DNA of 64,000 nucleotides, taken from a virus. The position numbers were made by a program, and so were the translations under genes. The DNA is taken from positions 1-64,000 of IMG/VR virus record IMGVR_UViG_3300033144_002959. One strand, given 5' to 3'. This document shows positions 26,318 through 35,917 of the stretch, piece by piece (positions within the stretch are counted from its first letter, which is position 1; every line of letters starts with the position of its first letter). The notes beneath the pieces are model-generated. The model saw only the letters and a program-made list of their open reading frames with translations. It was not told the DNA's origin and made no database searches.

Positions 26318-26893
26318 TTAAATATCTGCCGTGTCGTCGTCTTCATCGGCACCGGGGAACGCTACAATGTCCGCAGTATCTTTTCCGTTGCCTGACGACT
26401 TGCTCTTATGCTGTTCAATACTGTCTTCGACCAGCGTCACGATTCCTTTGTAACCATCATTCAGGAATTTCAACGCATCCTTCGCATCGAACAGTTTGAT
26501 TGGCGCGACCTTTCCGATCACGTCGTCAAGCATTTGGCTGGTATTATCCAACGCATCCTTCATGACTTGCTCTCTGAACTCCCAGCCGAAACTCGACTCT
26601 CGCATTAGCATGGTCGAGAACCGGGTTGGACTCCGCTTGCTCCACGGAACTTCGGGGAATGTTTCAAGCATCGATTGTGCTTCGGCTTCGGGAACCTTGC
26701 TAATGTCTTCGGCAGTCTGTGCCTTTTGCATTCGCAGGCGAAAACCGTATTGTGCCTGATCAGGTCCGATCATAAGCAGCGGTTTGATACCAAGTACGTA
26801 TCCATTCTGTCGGGCGATTACGAGATAGTCTTCGTTGCCCTCACTGCCCGCAATCATCGTTCGTTCTTTCTTTGTCGCGCTCTTCTTAGCCAT
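26318..26893 (-). CDS. hypothetical protein
   Basis: GGAGG RBS, own promoter. Confidence 0.7.
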   Translation of the reverse strand: MAKKSATKKERTMIAGSEGNEDYLVIARQNGYVLGIKPLLMIGPDQAQYGFRLRMQKAQTAEDISKVPEAEAQSMLETFPEVPWSKRSPTRFSTMLMRESSFGWEFREQVMKDALDNTSQMLDDVIGKVAPIKLFDAKDALKFLNDGYKGIVTLVEDSIEQHKSKSSGNGKDTADIVAFPGADEDDDTADI

Positions 26894-26932
26894 AGCAATT
26901 GCCTCCATGAATTTTGAATTGCTGATTCTATA

Positions 26933-26961
26933 ATCGTATCCTACTCAATCCAGTTTGTCAA
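26933..26961 (-). promoter_or_regulatory. sigma70-like promoter
   Basis: TTGACA-N17-TACGAT. Confidence 0.65.
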
Positions 26962-27172
26962 ATTTTGTTTTGACCTCGATTACAATCCTGTTTTCCTGTG
27001 TACGAACCTCATACCAATTTGAGATTTTCATTACCAGACTGGCGATTTCTTTTTTCATTCTGTTCCGTACCCGATCCTGCGCAGCTGCGATTTCTTCATC
27101 CACAATCACATTGATCCGGGCGCGTACCTCGGCCTGTATCGCCTTCTCAAATCCGTCCAGTAAAGCGCTCAC
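26945..27172 (-). CDS. hypothetical protein
   Basis: Coupled ORF. Confidence 0.6.
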   Translation of the reverse strand: MSALLDGFEKAIQAEVRARINVIVDEEIAAAQDRVRNRMKKEIASLVMKISNWYEVRTQENRIVIEVKTKFDKLD

Positions 27173-27399
27173 CAGTCGTACTCTTCGGCCATGTAAATTG
27201 TATCGGCAAATATTTCACCGTTTGAAAAACTACCCTTAATGAAAATCTTATATTCATCTGGCGGAAACAAATCCAGCACGGCCTGCGTCGCCGGTACGTT
27301 CCCCATGATGCTCCGGTCTTCGTTGTAAATCATGACCGGTGGATTCTCTTCGTTACTTACCAGCGCCCGCTGCACCTTAAAAATTTCACCCGTTGTCAT
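27169..27399 (-). CDS. hypothetical protein
   Basis: Coupled ORF with RBS. Confidence 0.65.
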   Translation of the reverse strand: MTTGEIFKVQRALVSNEENPPVMIYNEDRSIMGNVPATQAVLDLFPPDEYKIFIKGSFSNGEIFADTIYMAEEYDW

Positions 27400-28543
27400 C
27401 GTCTTCCTCCAGTAAATGTTGACGCACCACGTTCAGCACTTCCGCCGTAACCTGTGCGTGTGTGGTAGCGGTCAAGGTATCGAAGTCGCCCCAGTTCATA
27501 ACGACGTCATCGATGCCCAGTGAATCGAGCAGCCCGACCACATAATTCGCAATCTCGTCTTTCTCCAGTGGCCCAAAGCATATACGTCGATCTATCCTAC
27601 CGGGCCTCACAAGCTCCGTAGGGAGCTTTTCTTCGTCATTAGTGGTCATGATAGTGAGTACGCGAGAACGGTGCTCCTGAAGCCACCAGAGTAGCCCTGC
27701 GAGCAAGTTAGCGGTAACGCCGGAGTCATCTGTGCCCTGAAACAATTTCTCGACTTCATCGATCAACATTACGCACGGTTCATTCTGACTGACCACCTGT
27801 AACGCTCGCCGCAAATTCTGCTCGGACTCACCGACATATTTCGATTGCAGCGCCCCGACATCGAGCCTGAACAGAGTCATCTTCAATTGACCAGCAATAT
27901 ATTTTGCCGCCATCGTTTTACCAGTACCGGGAATCCCGGCCATCAGCAATCCTCGGGGCTGTAATCGGTTGTCATATTCTTTGGTGTGCAAAAATGCCCC
28001 GGTGTGTTTCAACCACGCATCAATCTCATCATTGATTTCGTAATGCTCCAGCTCCGTATTCACAGTCTGTACACCGGGCACAACCTGCGCCGTAGTCTGA
28101 CGCACGTGCCGAATCGTTTCGACCGTCAGCTCATCAAACATTGTCTGTGACAACCGCGCCACTTCATCAACCTGCTTGAGCGTCAATCCGGTCATCGCCG
28201 AAATCAACTCGGGGGTCTCCCCAAGTTTCACGTGGAACTCGTCGTGCAATTTGTTACGTATCATTTTGCCCGGTACCGGAATCTCACCGGCATTAAATGC
28301 TGCCGGGATCGGCTCATCGGGATTGACAATAACCAGACAACATTCTTCGTGCTGGTTCTGCATCGCAACCTCGCCATAATTCTTATCGGGATCAGAACCG
28401 AATTCGATTTGGTAGTCCCCGTTAAATGATCCGGCCCCTGACAGGCTCAGCACGATTGCCTTGGCATTGAGCACGTCGGTTGTCGTGCATGTGATCAGGG
28501 GGATTCGGGCACCCAGCGCTGCCTTTAACATGCCGGTGCCCAC
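27386..28543 (-). CDS. AAA+ ATPase (Ycf46/SpoVK-like)
   Basis: GIPGTGKT, SKYVGESE, LIDEVEK, TTN, RPGRID. Confidence 0.9.
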   Translation of the reverse strand: MGTGMLKAALGARIPLITCTTTDVLNAKAIVLSLSGAGSFNGDYQIEFGSDPDKNYGEVAMQNQHEECCLVIVNPDEPIPAAFNAGEIPVPGKMIRNKLHDEFHVKLGETPELISAMTGLTLKQVDEVARLSQTMFDELTVETIRHVRQTTAQVVPGVQTVNTELEHYEINDEIDAWLKHTGAFLHTKEYDNRLQPRGLLMAGIPGTGKTMAAKYIAGQLKMTLFRLDVGALQSKYVGESEQNLRRALQVVSQNEPCVMLIDEVEKLFQGTDDSGVTANLLAGLLWWLQEHRSRVLTIMTTNDEEKLPTELVRPGRIDRRICFGPLEKDEIANYVVGLLDSLGIDDVVMNWGDFDTLTATTHAQVTAEVLNVVRQHLLEEDDDNG

Positions 28544-28737
28544 ACTTTTTCGGCGTCACGTTCACAAGCCAGCCGCTGCACTTCAGTCAGCTCTACATCA
28601 GTTATCTCAACTTCCTCGGCTGGCTCTAGCCACTTGCGCTGGCCATCGAAGTAAATGACTTTGATGATAAAGCTGCCATAAAAGTATTGTAGTTTTTGAA
28701 CAATGCGAGGCACCCCCTCGCGGTCAACTAAAATCAT
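28525..28737 (-). CDS. hypothetical protein
   Basis: GGAGG RBS downstream of a promoter. Confidence 0.6.
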   Translation of the reverse strand: MILVDREGVPRIVQKLQYFYGSFIIKVIYFDGQRKWLEPAEEVEITDVELTEVQRLACERDAEKVWAPAC

Positions 28738-28761
28738 ACCGCCCTCCGTGCAATGCCCAGC

Positions 28762-28790
28762 AGTGTAGCCCACTGATTCTAATTTGTCAA
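28762..28790 (-). promoter_or_regulatory. sigma70-like promoter
   Basis: TTGACA-N17-TACACT. Confidence 0.7.
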
Positions 28791-28803
28791 AGAGAAACTA
28801 ACC

Positions 28804-28819
28804 GTCCAATCAATTGGAC
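28804..28819. repeat. dispersed 16-bp quasi-palindrome (overlaps a stop codon)
   Basis: GTCCAATCAATTGGAC exact. Confidence 0.9.
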
Positions 28820-29397
28820 AGCAGGCCCTTCCATTCTTTTTTCCAATCGCTCGTTGGCGGCGACTCATACCAACCGCCCATGTCAGAAATCTTCTGCCAC
28901 AGTTTGTAGTCTTCAGCAAATTTATCCGCCGCTACTTTCTTCACCAGCGGATTTTCGTAATACGTTTCCCAAGGATCATGCTTAGACCTGCGACGATGCT
29001 GGGTCCGGTTGTACAACTTCGTGCCTTTGAACTTTTCAAGCTCTCGCAAGCCCACTTCATTAAGCGTTTCCAGAGTACCGATGTACAACCGCCCCGAAGG
29101 TTCCAGCTCAGTCCAATCGATTACCTGCTGAATGCCATAAATCTGTGGCTCGAAATGGTGATCCATTTCTTCATTCGTCAGCTTGCATATTTTAGGTACG
29201 AACAAATCGAAGGTTTCATGCCTGACCAGATCAGACCACCCTGAGACAAGCCTAGCGAGCGGGTGACGGACAAAGAACACAAACCGATGTAACGGGTAGC
29301 CCCCCCGTGCTCCGGGCCGTAGGGCGGCTCCTAGTGTGCTGGAGCCAACTTTCTTGACCAGAGCATACCGGGTACTCCGATCATCAAAGTGCTCCAT
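28810..29397 (-). CDS. sulfotransferase family protein
   Basis: KKVGSSTL, FFVRHPLARLVSGW, DHHFEPQ; paralog of 253-879. Confidence 0.7.
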   Translation of the reverse strand: MEHFDDRSTRYALVKKVGSSTLGAALRPGARGGYPLHRFVFFVRHPLARLVSGWSDLVRHETFDLFVPKICKLTNEEMDHHFEPQIYGIQQVIDWTELEPSGRLYIGTLETLNEVGLRELEKFKGTKLYNRTQHRRRSKHDPWETYYENPLVKKVAADKFAEDYKLWQKISDMGGWYESPPTSDWKKEWKGLLSN

Positions 29398-29700
29398 TTA
29401 CCGAAGACTCTCCAGCAACTCCACCAGCGCGGTGTGGCGAGAATGACATTTGCCCGCCTCTTCCATGTTCTCACCATGAACCATAGCAATCGTTTCCAGA
29501 TCACCCGGCCCATAGTTATCGTTCATGGGTTTGCATTTTTTAGTCAGGCTCGGTGGCAACTCCGGCACTACCGTCCGTTCCTCCACGACTCGCACGGGCT
29601 TGACTGCTGAACAAGCCTGCAAGCTCAGGAAGACTAGAGCACTCAGGATGAACAGTAACGATTTTCTCGATGATCTTTGGAACTTCTTTCTCAACGACAC
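29398..29700 (-). CDS. outer-membrane spanin (Rz1-like)
   Basis: GTG start after GGAG, lipobox LQAC, overlaps the i-spanin in another frame. Confidence 0.75.
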   Translation of the reverse strand: MSLRKKFQRSSRKSLLFILSALVFLSLQACSAVKPVRVVEERTVVPELPPSLTKKCKPMNDNYGPGDLETIAMVHGENMEEAGKCHSRHTALVELLESLR

Positions 29701-29938
29701 GGACCCTCTCCACGATTCGTTCTTCAATAACAATGGTGCCTTCAGCAGCGTCAACGATAGCTGTCCATTTGACCTTCTCTTCTTCGCGAATCTCTTCTCT
29801 GACAGCTTCAATCTCAGCTTCCTGCGAAGTCACCGCAGCGTTCCACCCCGCATCATAAATCGCACCGTGGCCCCATTTCATTCCGGCCAGTAATATAGTA
29901 GCCAATGCCACGTATGCCCAAATTTTAAGACCCATCAC
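29540..29938 (-). CDS. inner-membrane spanin (Rz-like)
   Basis: N-terminal TM helix, coiled coil, C-terminal Cys. Confidence 0.75.
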   Translation of the reverse strand: MMGLKIWAYVALATILLAGMKWGHGAIYDAGWNAAVTSQEAEIEAVREEIREEEKVKWTAIVDAAEGTIVIEERIVERVRVVEKEVPKIIEKIVTVHPECSSLPELAGLFSSQARASRGGTDGSAGVATEPD

Positions 29939-30240
29939 CCGTCTCCAGATTGCTTACTCGATGAACCATTCCAATAACTCTGCGTTAATTCCTTCAACAC
30001 TTTCGTCAAGATACCCAGAATGATAGCGGGAAATCCTGCGGTTGCCGCTGCCGCCACCGACCCAACAATAGGGTCAGTCGGCAAGTCATCCCAGTTAACA
30101 GCCATAAACCACTCAACAACGAAATACCACGCAGCAATAAAAAACGTGTAGTACACAATCAGAATGATACGAGGCACCACCCGATAACAGTTAATCATGT
30201 CGGCAAAGAACCGGCACATCTTTTCACGTTCAGGCGTCAT
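29935..30240 (-). CDS. putative holin
   Basis: Two TM segments; between endolysin and spanins. Confidence 0.65.
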   Translation of the reverse strand: MTPEREKMCRFFADMINCYRVVPRIILIVYYTFFIAAWYFVVEWFMAVNWDDLPTDPIVGSVAAAATAGFPAIILGILTKVLKELTQSYWNGSSSKQSGDG

Positions 30241-30251
30241 CGTCTTTCCCC

Positions 30252-30902
30252 TTATTTAATGCCACTAGGGCGATCCTCCGGGGGCAAATTATGCAGCTGG
30301 TGTTTACGGTCAGCCAACGTGTACATTGCGCTGCAAATGCCTGCACAAGCAGCCTCACGACGAGCTTGTATATTTTCAATCTGTGCAATGAAATCTGGCT
30401 CTAGGATCAAACTCGCGCACCGCGTCTTCGCGAGAAAGTAATCGGGATTCTCGTCACCGTCAACATCACCGGGGAAGTCGATCACACCGGGCCTATCCAT
30501 CTTGTACCAACCTTCTTTGACCCCACGATTCTTTACCTGCATCGCACTGAAGATTTCTTTGTTGACAAACTTACCAGCCTCTCTGCCTGCACTAGAGCCG
30601 GGGTAAAACAAAGTTTCGCAACCGCTAATATTTGGGTCTCCCGCTGCATTGAAGTGCACTTCTATTGCGATATCAACGCCCTTGATCGCGTTAATCTGTT
30701 TGACCTTCTCTCGCAGCGATCCGGTATCAACTCGCTTCGGAATAAAATGGATATTAGGACTGCCCTGATCCCACGAACCAAGCAGCTCAATAATTTTGTC
30801 CTGCCACAATACCGCCTCATCGTACTCGTTAGCTTCTTTGTACGACGCGCCCTTGGCGTCAGGGTTATGGCCTGCCGAAACCGCTACTGTAAAAGCTGTC
30901 AT
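30252..30902 (-). CDS. endolysin, N-acetylmuramoyl-L-alanine amidase (Amidase_3)
   Basis: SAGH, NE, EVHFNA, LILEP zinc-amidase motifs. Confidence 0.9.
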   Translation of the reverse strand: MTAFTVAVSAGHNPDAKGASYKEANEYDEAVLWQDKIIELLGSWDQGSPNIHFIPKRVDTGSLREKVKQINAIKGVDIAIEVHFNAAGDPNISGCETLFYPGSSAGREAGKFVNKEIFSAMQVKNRGVKEGWYKMDRPGVIDFPGDVDGDENPDYFLAKTRCASLILEPDFIAQIENIQARREAACAGICSAMYTLADRKHQLHNLPPEDRPSGIK

Positions 30903-31108
30903 CGTCTTAACAATTTCCTCAAGTTCACCAGCTCAGTATCGTGCCGGTGACAACAAGAATTCATGTACTCCAACTCCCACGATTGAGCATCTTTACCGCT
31001 TTCATCTTCGAACGCAAACGTGTTGGTTTCATTCTGCACAGATTGCAACTCGCCTCCGTGCATTTTAATGAACGCAGCCAACCCCAACTTTCTCGTCTCT
31101 ACAATCAT
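30899..31108 (-). CDS. hypothetical protein
   Basis: LGLAAFIKMHG small coupled ORF. Confidence 0.65.
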   Translation of the reverse strand: MIVETRKLGLAAFIKMHGGELQSVQNETNTFAFEDESGKDAQSWELEYMNSCCHRHDTELVNLRKLLRR

Positions 31109-31116
31109 GTCTCAAC

Positions 31117-32496
31117 TCACTTTAATCCCAAGAATTTCGCTATCGTCAACAGCTTCGAAGGCTGTATCAACGCACTCGTATCAACCGTTGATCCCGTACT
31201 GTTATTCGTGAACTGCGAGTTACCCCGCACACTGATCGAGCCATCCGTACACGTTGCATCAAGCGTAACTTTGCCCTCCGATATATCCAGCGCCACCTTA
31301 TCATCGGCATGATCACAGTTGGTCAGCACAATCTCACCGCTGTACCCCCGCATATTCATAGTCGCCCCGATGCTCGATGCGTTCATACTAAATATCGGAC
31401 TCTCTGCTCCAGAACCTTCCGCGTGCGGATTGTTGTCAAACATCACATCGCCAGCTACCGCAATTTCCAACGTGCCGTCTAAGTCACAGTTATGAAAATG
31501 CCCATCAAGACCAGTTACCGAAAGTAACGTGCAGCGATTTGCATCTATTCGCCCAGACATAGCCCCAGTCAGATCACAAGACTGAAACTCTGACTTATCG
31601 ACATTCTGCCCGTTCAGGTCAATAACCGGCCCCCCAATCCCCAGAATCACAAAGTTCTTAATCAGCCTATCAACGGTCGCATCGGCCAGCACCACGAGCG
31701 ATTTGATATTGTTTGCTTCGGCATCGTCAATCGCATCTGACCAATTGTTGTACGGGGTTTGCTGATATCCATCACCGACCGGGATTGCTTCGGTATCGAT
31801 AAATATCGACCGCTGAACCTGACCATGAATGTCTTCGATCAGTGTCTGAACCGCGCCGGGGAATCCTACCAACGTTGAACCGGATGCTTTCTCCAATGTC
31901 AGATATGTGCCCACGCTTGGCACCGCCGGTTCAATAGTCACCGGTACAGCATCCACCGCCGTTGCATTTCCGCCGCCCAGAAAAACTGGCGTTACGTTGA
32001 ACACCGAGTAATTATCGAGCACGTCATACGTATTTCCCAACCCACTCGTAGGTACTTTTACCAGCAACGTATTCAGGTCAACAACAGAATCGATTGAGAC
32101 GATACTTCGATCATCCCAATTGATTATGAAACTGCCCCGCTTCACCAATGTAGCAACGAAATCCGCAGCCGTATCGATTACCTGAATCTTGCCACCAATC
32201 GGCGCAACTGATCCGGTCGTAATCGCCCCAGTCTCCGCTGGAGTTTGCCGGTCTTCGAATTGCGCCTGATTATTTTGGAACTGGTACGTGATACCAACTA
32301 AAGCACCGCCACCCAAATCCTCTTTACCGGAAGCATTGATTAACTTGGATTCCGACATACCCCGGAAACCATCTTCGACTTTGCGAATCGTATCGACCAT
32401 GTCTTGCGCATCAAATCTCGTACGCAAGTTTTTAATCACAGTTACCCGAGGATCGGCGTTAAAGTCTTGCTCGACGTCTTCCAGTGCGGTAGTCAT
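31117..32496 (-). CDS. virion structural / tail-fibre-associated protein
   Basis: Acidic, beta-rich, beta-helix-like C-terminal half; in the tail module. Confidence 0.6.
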   Translation of the reverse strand: MTTALEDVEQDFNADPRVTVIKNLRTRFDAQDMVDTIRKVEDGFRGMSESKLINASGKEDLGGGALVGITYQFQNNQAQFEDRQTPAETGAITTGSVAPIGGKIQVIDTAADFVATLVKRGSFIINWDDRSIVSIDSVVDLNTLLVKVPTSGLGNTYDVLDNYSVFNVTPVFLGGGNATAVDAVPVTIEPAVPSVGTYLTLEKASGSTLVGFPGAVQTLIEDIHGQVQRSIFIDTEAIPVGDGYQQTPYNNWSDAIDDAEANNIKSLVVLADATVDRLIKNFVILGIGGPVIDLNGQNVDKSEFQSCDLTGAMSGRIDANRCTLLSVTGLDGHFHNCDLDGTLEIAVAGDVMFDNNPHAEGSGAESPIFSMNASSIGATMNMRGYSGEIVLTNCDHADDKVALDISEGKVTLDATCTDGSISVRGNSQFTNNSTGSTVDTSALIQPSKLLTIAKFLGLK

Positions 32497-33164
32497 TAGG
32501 CTTGCCCGATTTTGACCCCCAGTCCACGCAGCTCATTGTCACGTTGTATGCACAGCGAAGCCACGCCATTTAATTCAGCAATCGATTCGAACTCTTGCTT
32601 GATAATTTTATCAGCGGCATCGATAGCCTCACGAAACTTCTCGATCTGAACTTTCATCTGCTCCATATCGTAAGGCGGGAAATTGATGCGTACCGATTTG
32701 ATCTGCTCGTACTGAGCAATCTGAGCTTCGCTTACTTCCGTCAGTACCGGCTCACGGTTTTGTTCTTTAGCCCGGATACGCTCAGCCCCGTTCGCACCCA
32801 TGAGTTTGCAAAGCGAGCCATCGGGATCGAGCACTTTCAATTGTGCGTCACGATAACCGTCCATCGAAATCTTGCCTTGATAGTCCTGAATCTTCAGGCC
32901 CATTTCGCCTTTGAATTTCGTTTGCTGATCGACGTTAAGCTGACACTCTTGCATTCGGCTCTGCAAATAATCGACCTTTTGCTTCGGGTACTTGGCAATC
33001 AAGTCCTCGATTTTATTTTGCCGAATCGTATCGTGTACTAACGGCATCTGCGCCTTTACATCCGCAGCATTTTGCAAAGGCAAGTCTTCGATTTTCATCC
33101 CGCCAATGCGGATCGAAGCAATACCCTCTTCACCAATGTTCGACGTTACTTGTCCTACCGACAT
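32496..33164 (-). CDS. coiled-coil hypothetical protein
   Basis: GGGAG RBS, helical composition. Confidence 0.65.
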   Translation of the reverse strand: MSVGQVTSNIGEEGIASIRIGGMKIEDLPLQNAADVKAQMPLVHDTIRQNKIEDLIAKYPKQKVDYLQSRMQECQLNVDQQTKFKGEMGLKIQDYQGKISMDGYRDAQLKVLDPDGSLCKLMGANGAERIRAKEQNREPVLTEVSEAQIAQYEQIKSVRINFPPYDMEQMKVQIEKFREAIDAADKIIKQEFESIAELNGVASLCIQRDNELRGLGVKIGQA

Positions 33165-33219
33165 ATCTCTACTCCCTCTTAGGGACCGTGGCCCCGAAGG
33201 GCCACTAATACCCTAGCTC

Positions 33220-35841
33220 TTAGACTGCAATTGTGTCTGCTGTACGTACGACCGTAATCGATGCGCCGCCGTCTCCAACAAGCTGATTGATATCGAATGG
33301 CAGAATGACTTTGCCCTGCCGCACGTTACAAACTGTTGTGAAATCAGACGCCAATGTTTTGACAAAAGTATTCGACGTTGGATCACCAACTGCTTCAACA
33401 TCCAGAATCAAATCGTGAATGTTGTCAGCCGCCGCGTACGTCTGAATCAGCTTATTGATTTCATACGTGTTGCCAACATCGAAGTCATCCGGCGTACCGT
33501 AAAGCGGACTGATATCCAGAGTTATATCGTCAAATACATTCGTGACTTCCCAAACGTGTGTCGTTTTGCCACCGAAAGTATTGCGAACCAGATCACCACG
33601 AACAACCGGCGTACCGCCTGTCGAGAACAACTGTCCTGTATCGATCAACTGAGTTGTGCTCGCACTTGTCACCGTTCCGGTATCGGAAGTTGGCACCACC
33701 AAATCAAACTCTTCATCGGTGAAGTCCGTTGCAGCATATCGGTACCTGTGCTCTTCCAGCAAAGTCGTTTCAATGATTCTAATCCACGCTACAGGCGGAA
33801 CCTCAACATCCAACGTGCCCGCTACTCTTACGCGAACATCGCCTTGGTTGTTATAGCCGACCGCAGGCGCAGCCAAACCGCCATGCTGATCCTTATCAAC
33901 AACGCCCAACACCCCGGTATCCCGAGCTGCATACACCCGATCAAGTGCCAGCGTATTGCCAACCGAGTATGTAACCGTATTCGGCGGCGTCCGCAGTACA
34001 CCCAGATCATCCGTCAGAATGTAATTCTGCGTGTCATTGTCGTGGAACCCAGTGTAGTTAATGCAACGAGCACCGAACAACACCGTGCCTGTAAACGTGC
34101 CAAACGGCGCACCCTTGGGCGACGTGAACGTTTGAATGCCACCGCCCGCACCGGCAAAGAACAACGTTGCGCCAGCGCCATTTTCAACAATAACATCCGC
34201 CGCACCTTCATCGACAAGAATCGAGTTGTCAACCACAGCATCCAGTGAAGTCTGTTGATCCGTCAGTACGACATGCGCAGGTGTACGAGTATCGTGATTT
34301 GACATCGCTCGCGAGCCATAATTAGGCTGAGCCGCGATGATAATGTCCTCGCCTTCATCCACGTTGAACGTCGCATCCGAATCAACTTCGTACACAGCAT
34401 CTGCACCACGATAAACTTCACCATCGATATTGACACCAACACCAAACAGATCGGTCGAATTGCCACCTCGTCGAGTAACGTATTTCAGTCGCTCATAAGT
34501 CTTAGCTGCGGTTACACCGTTAGCACCCGGACCCTGCGAATCAATCTGGGCCGAATATGGCTCAACACCACCGACACCATCGTGATCAACTTCAATGTCG
34601 CCCAGCACAATCGTTACCGATCCGCCTTCGCCAACTCCAGCATCAGTAGGCCCGCCCGTGTTAGACGCTGGCGCACCCGCTGTACCTGAAGCATCGCCAT
34701 CCGCGCCTGTCGCGAAATCATATTCGGTAACTGCCGCCGCTGACAGATCGGTCAAATCACCGACGATGTAATACTCAAGCGTTGGCGTCGCACCTGATCC
34801 GCCGACTGTGATAATGCCTCGCGCTGTCGCCGCAGCCCACGATGCACCAACGTAAATACCATTACCCACTTCCCACGTATTCGAAGCGCCTGACAATGTC
34901 GTGCGTCGATACCCAGTCGTGTTGTTAATATCTGGAGCTGAAGCGAGCGGGAGCGCTGAGAATCCACCTGCGATTACATTCAATCGGAAGTTGTCATATA
35001 GGGATGTGTATCTGCGTGAGAATACCTCCACGTCCCCACTCGCAATCGTTACGCCAGCGTCAATCACCTTAACGAGAATCGAAATAATTCCCAGAGAGAC
35101 TGCTGCGTCAGTAGCCCACCACTGGAAATTGCCTTCCCAGTCTGTCAGCTTGATTCGATCCTGCACCATGTAAACTTCGGTGCCATTCGGGACACTACCA
35201 ATCGCCTGAATCGCGGACCACTGGTTATTGCCGTCAAGGCCAATTTCGGTACTTACCAAATCAACCGTGCCCGCGCCGCCGTCAGTCGTGCACTCCAACG
35301 TGCCGGTATCCAAATTAAAAATATCCCCCGTTACCGGCGTCGAATCATTCGGTCGAATCCAAACAATCGTGTCACCGTTCTGGGCAATTTCGAAATCCAG
35401 CAACGTACCTTGATCGGTACCGTCTGTGATCTGCCTGCCAATATCGCCTGTTATAAAATTCGTACCAAGCCCCTGCGAGTACACCTTACGGAGTACACCA
35501 TGACCATCGATATCAGTTTCGGGAGTCGAGAGTGACCAATCAGCTGTGATCGCACCCTCTTTGAGATATTCGGTTGAACTCTTCGGCATGAAAAAGTGAT
35601 TGATCAGCGTAAATGAATTCGGCGTTACCGGAATCATCGGATTCGTAAAGCCCATCGCGATAAAGTCATCGGTCACTTCAGCGATTGCTGAGTAAAGCGT
35701 ACGAGTAGAAATGACATTCTCTGTCGCTGGTGTCGCAGTCCTTCTCACCGTGCGCAGCCCTGTGTTTAATGTGGCTGGCACCGTTATTTCATCCTGAAAT
35801 AAGATTTCCCAGTCGCCGCCTAAAATCGTGATAGTGGTCAT
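33220..35841 (-). CDS. large virion structural protein
   Basis: 873 aa, T/G/D-rich beta composition, tail module. Confidence 0.65.
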   Translation of the reverse strand: MTTITILGGDWEILFQDEITVPATLNTGLRTVRRTATPATENVISTRTLYSAIAEVTDDFIAMGFTNPMIPVTPNSFTLINHFFMPKSSTEYLKEGAITADWSLSTPETDIDGHGVLRKVYSQGLGTNFITGDIGRQITDGTDQGTLLDFEIAQNGDTIVWIRPNDSTPVTGDIFNLDTGTLECTTDGGAGTVDLVSTEIGLDGNNQWSAIQAIGSVPNGTEVYMVQDRIKLTDWEGNFQWWATDAAVSLGIISILVKVIDAGVTIASGDVEVFSRRYTSLYDNFRLNVIAGGFSALPLASAPDINNTTGYRRTTLSGASNTWEVGNGIYVGASWAAATARGIITVGGSGATPTLEYYIVGDLTDLSAAAVTEYDFATGADGDASGTAGAPASNTGGPTDAGVGEGGSVTIVLGDIEVDHDGVGGVEPYSAQIDSQGPGANGVTAAKTYERLKYVTRRGGNSTDLFGVGVNIDGEVYRGADAVYEVDSDATFNVDEGEDIIIAAQPNYGSRAMSNHDTRTPAHVVLTDQQTSLDAVVDNSILVDEGAADVIVENGAGATLFFAGAGGGIQTFTSPKGAPFGTFTGTVLFGARCINYTGFHDNDTQNYILTDDLGVLRTPPNTVTYSVGNTLALDRVYAARDTGVLGVVDKDQHGGLAAPAVGYNNQGDVRVRVAGTLDVEVPPVAWIRIIETTLLEEHRYRYAATDFTDEEFDLVVPTSDTGTVTSASTTQLIDTGQLFSTGGTPVVRGDLVRNTFGGKTTHVWEVTNVFDDITLDISPLYGTPDDFDVGNTYEINKLIQTYAAADNIHDLILDVEAVGDPTSNTFVKTLASDFTTVCNVRQGKVILPFDINQLVGDGGASITVVRTADTIAV

Positions 35842-35917
35842 TCAAATCTCCAATTCAAAATACCACCCAAGCGGCGGCAAGGCTATTCTACGTGGCAGTG
35901 TAAAACCGCCACCCTGT

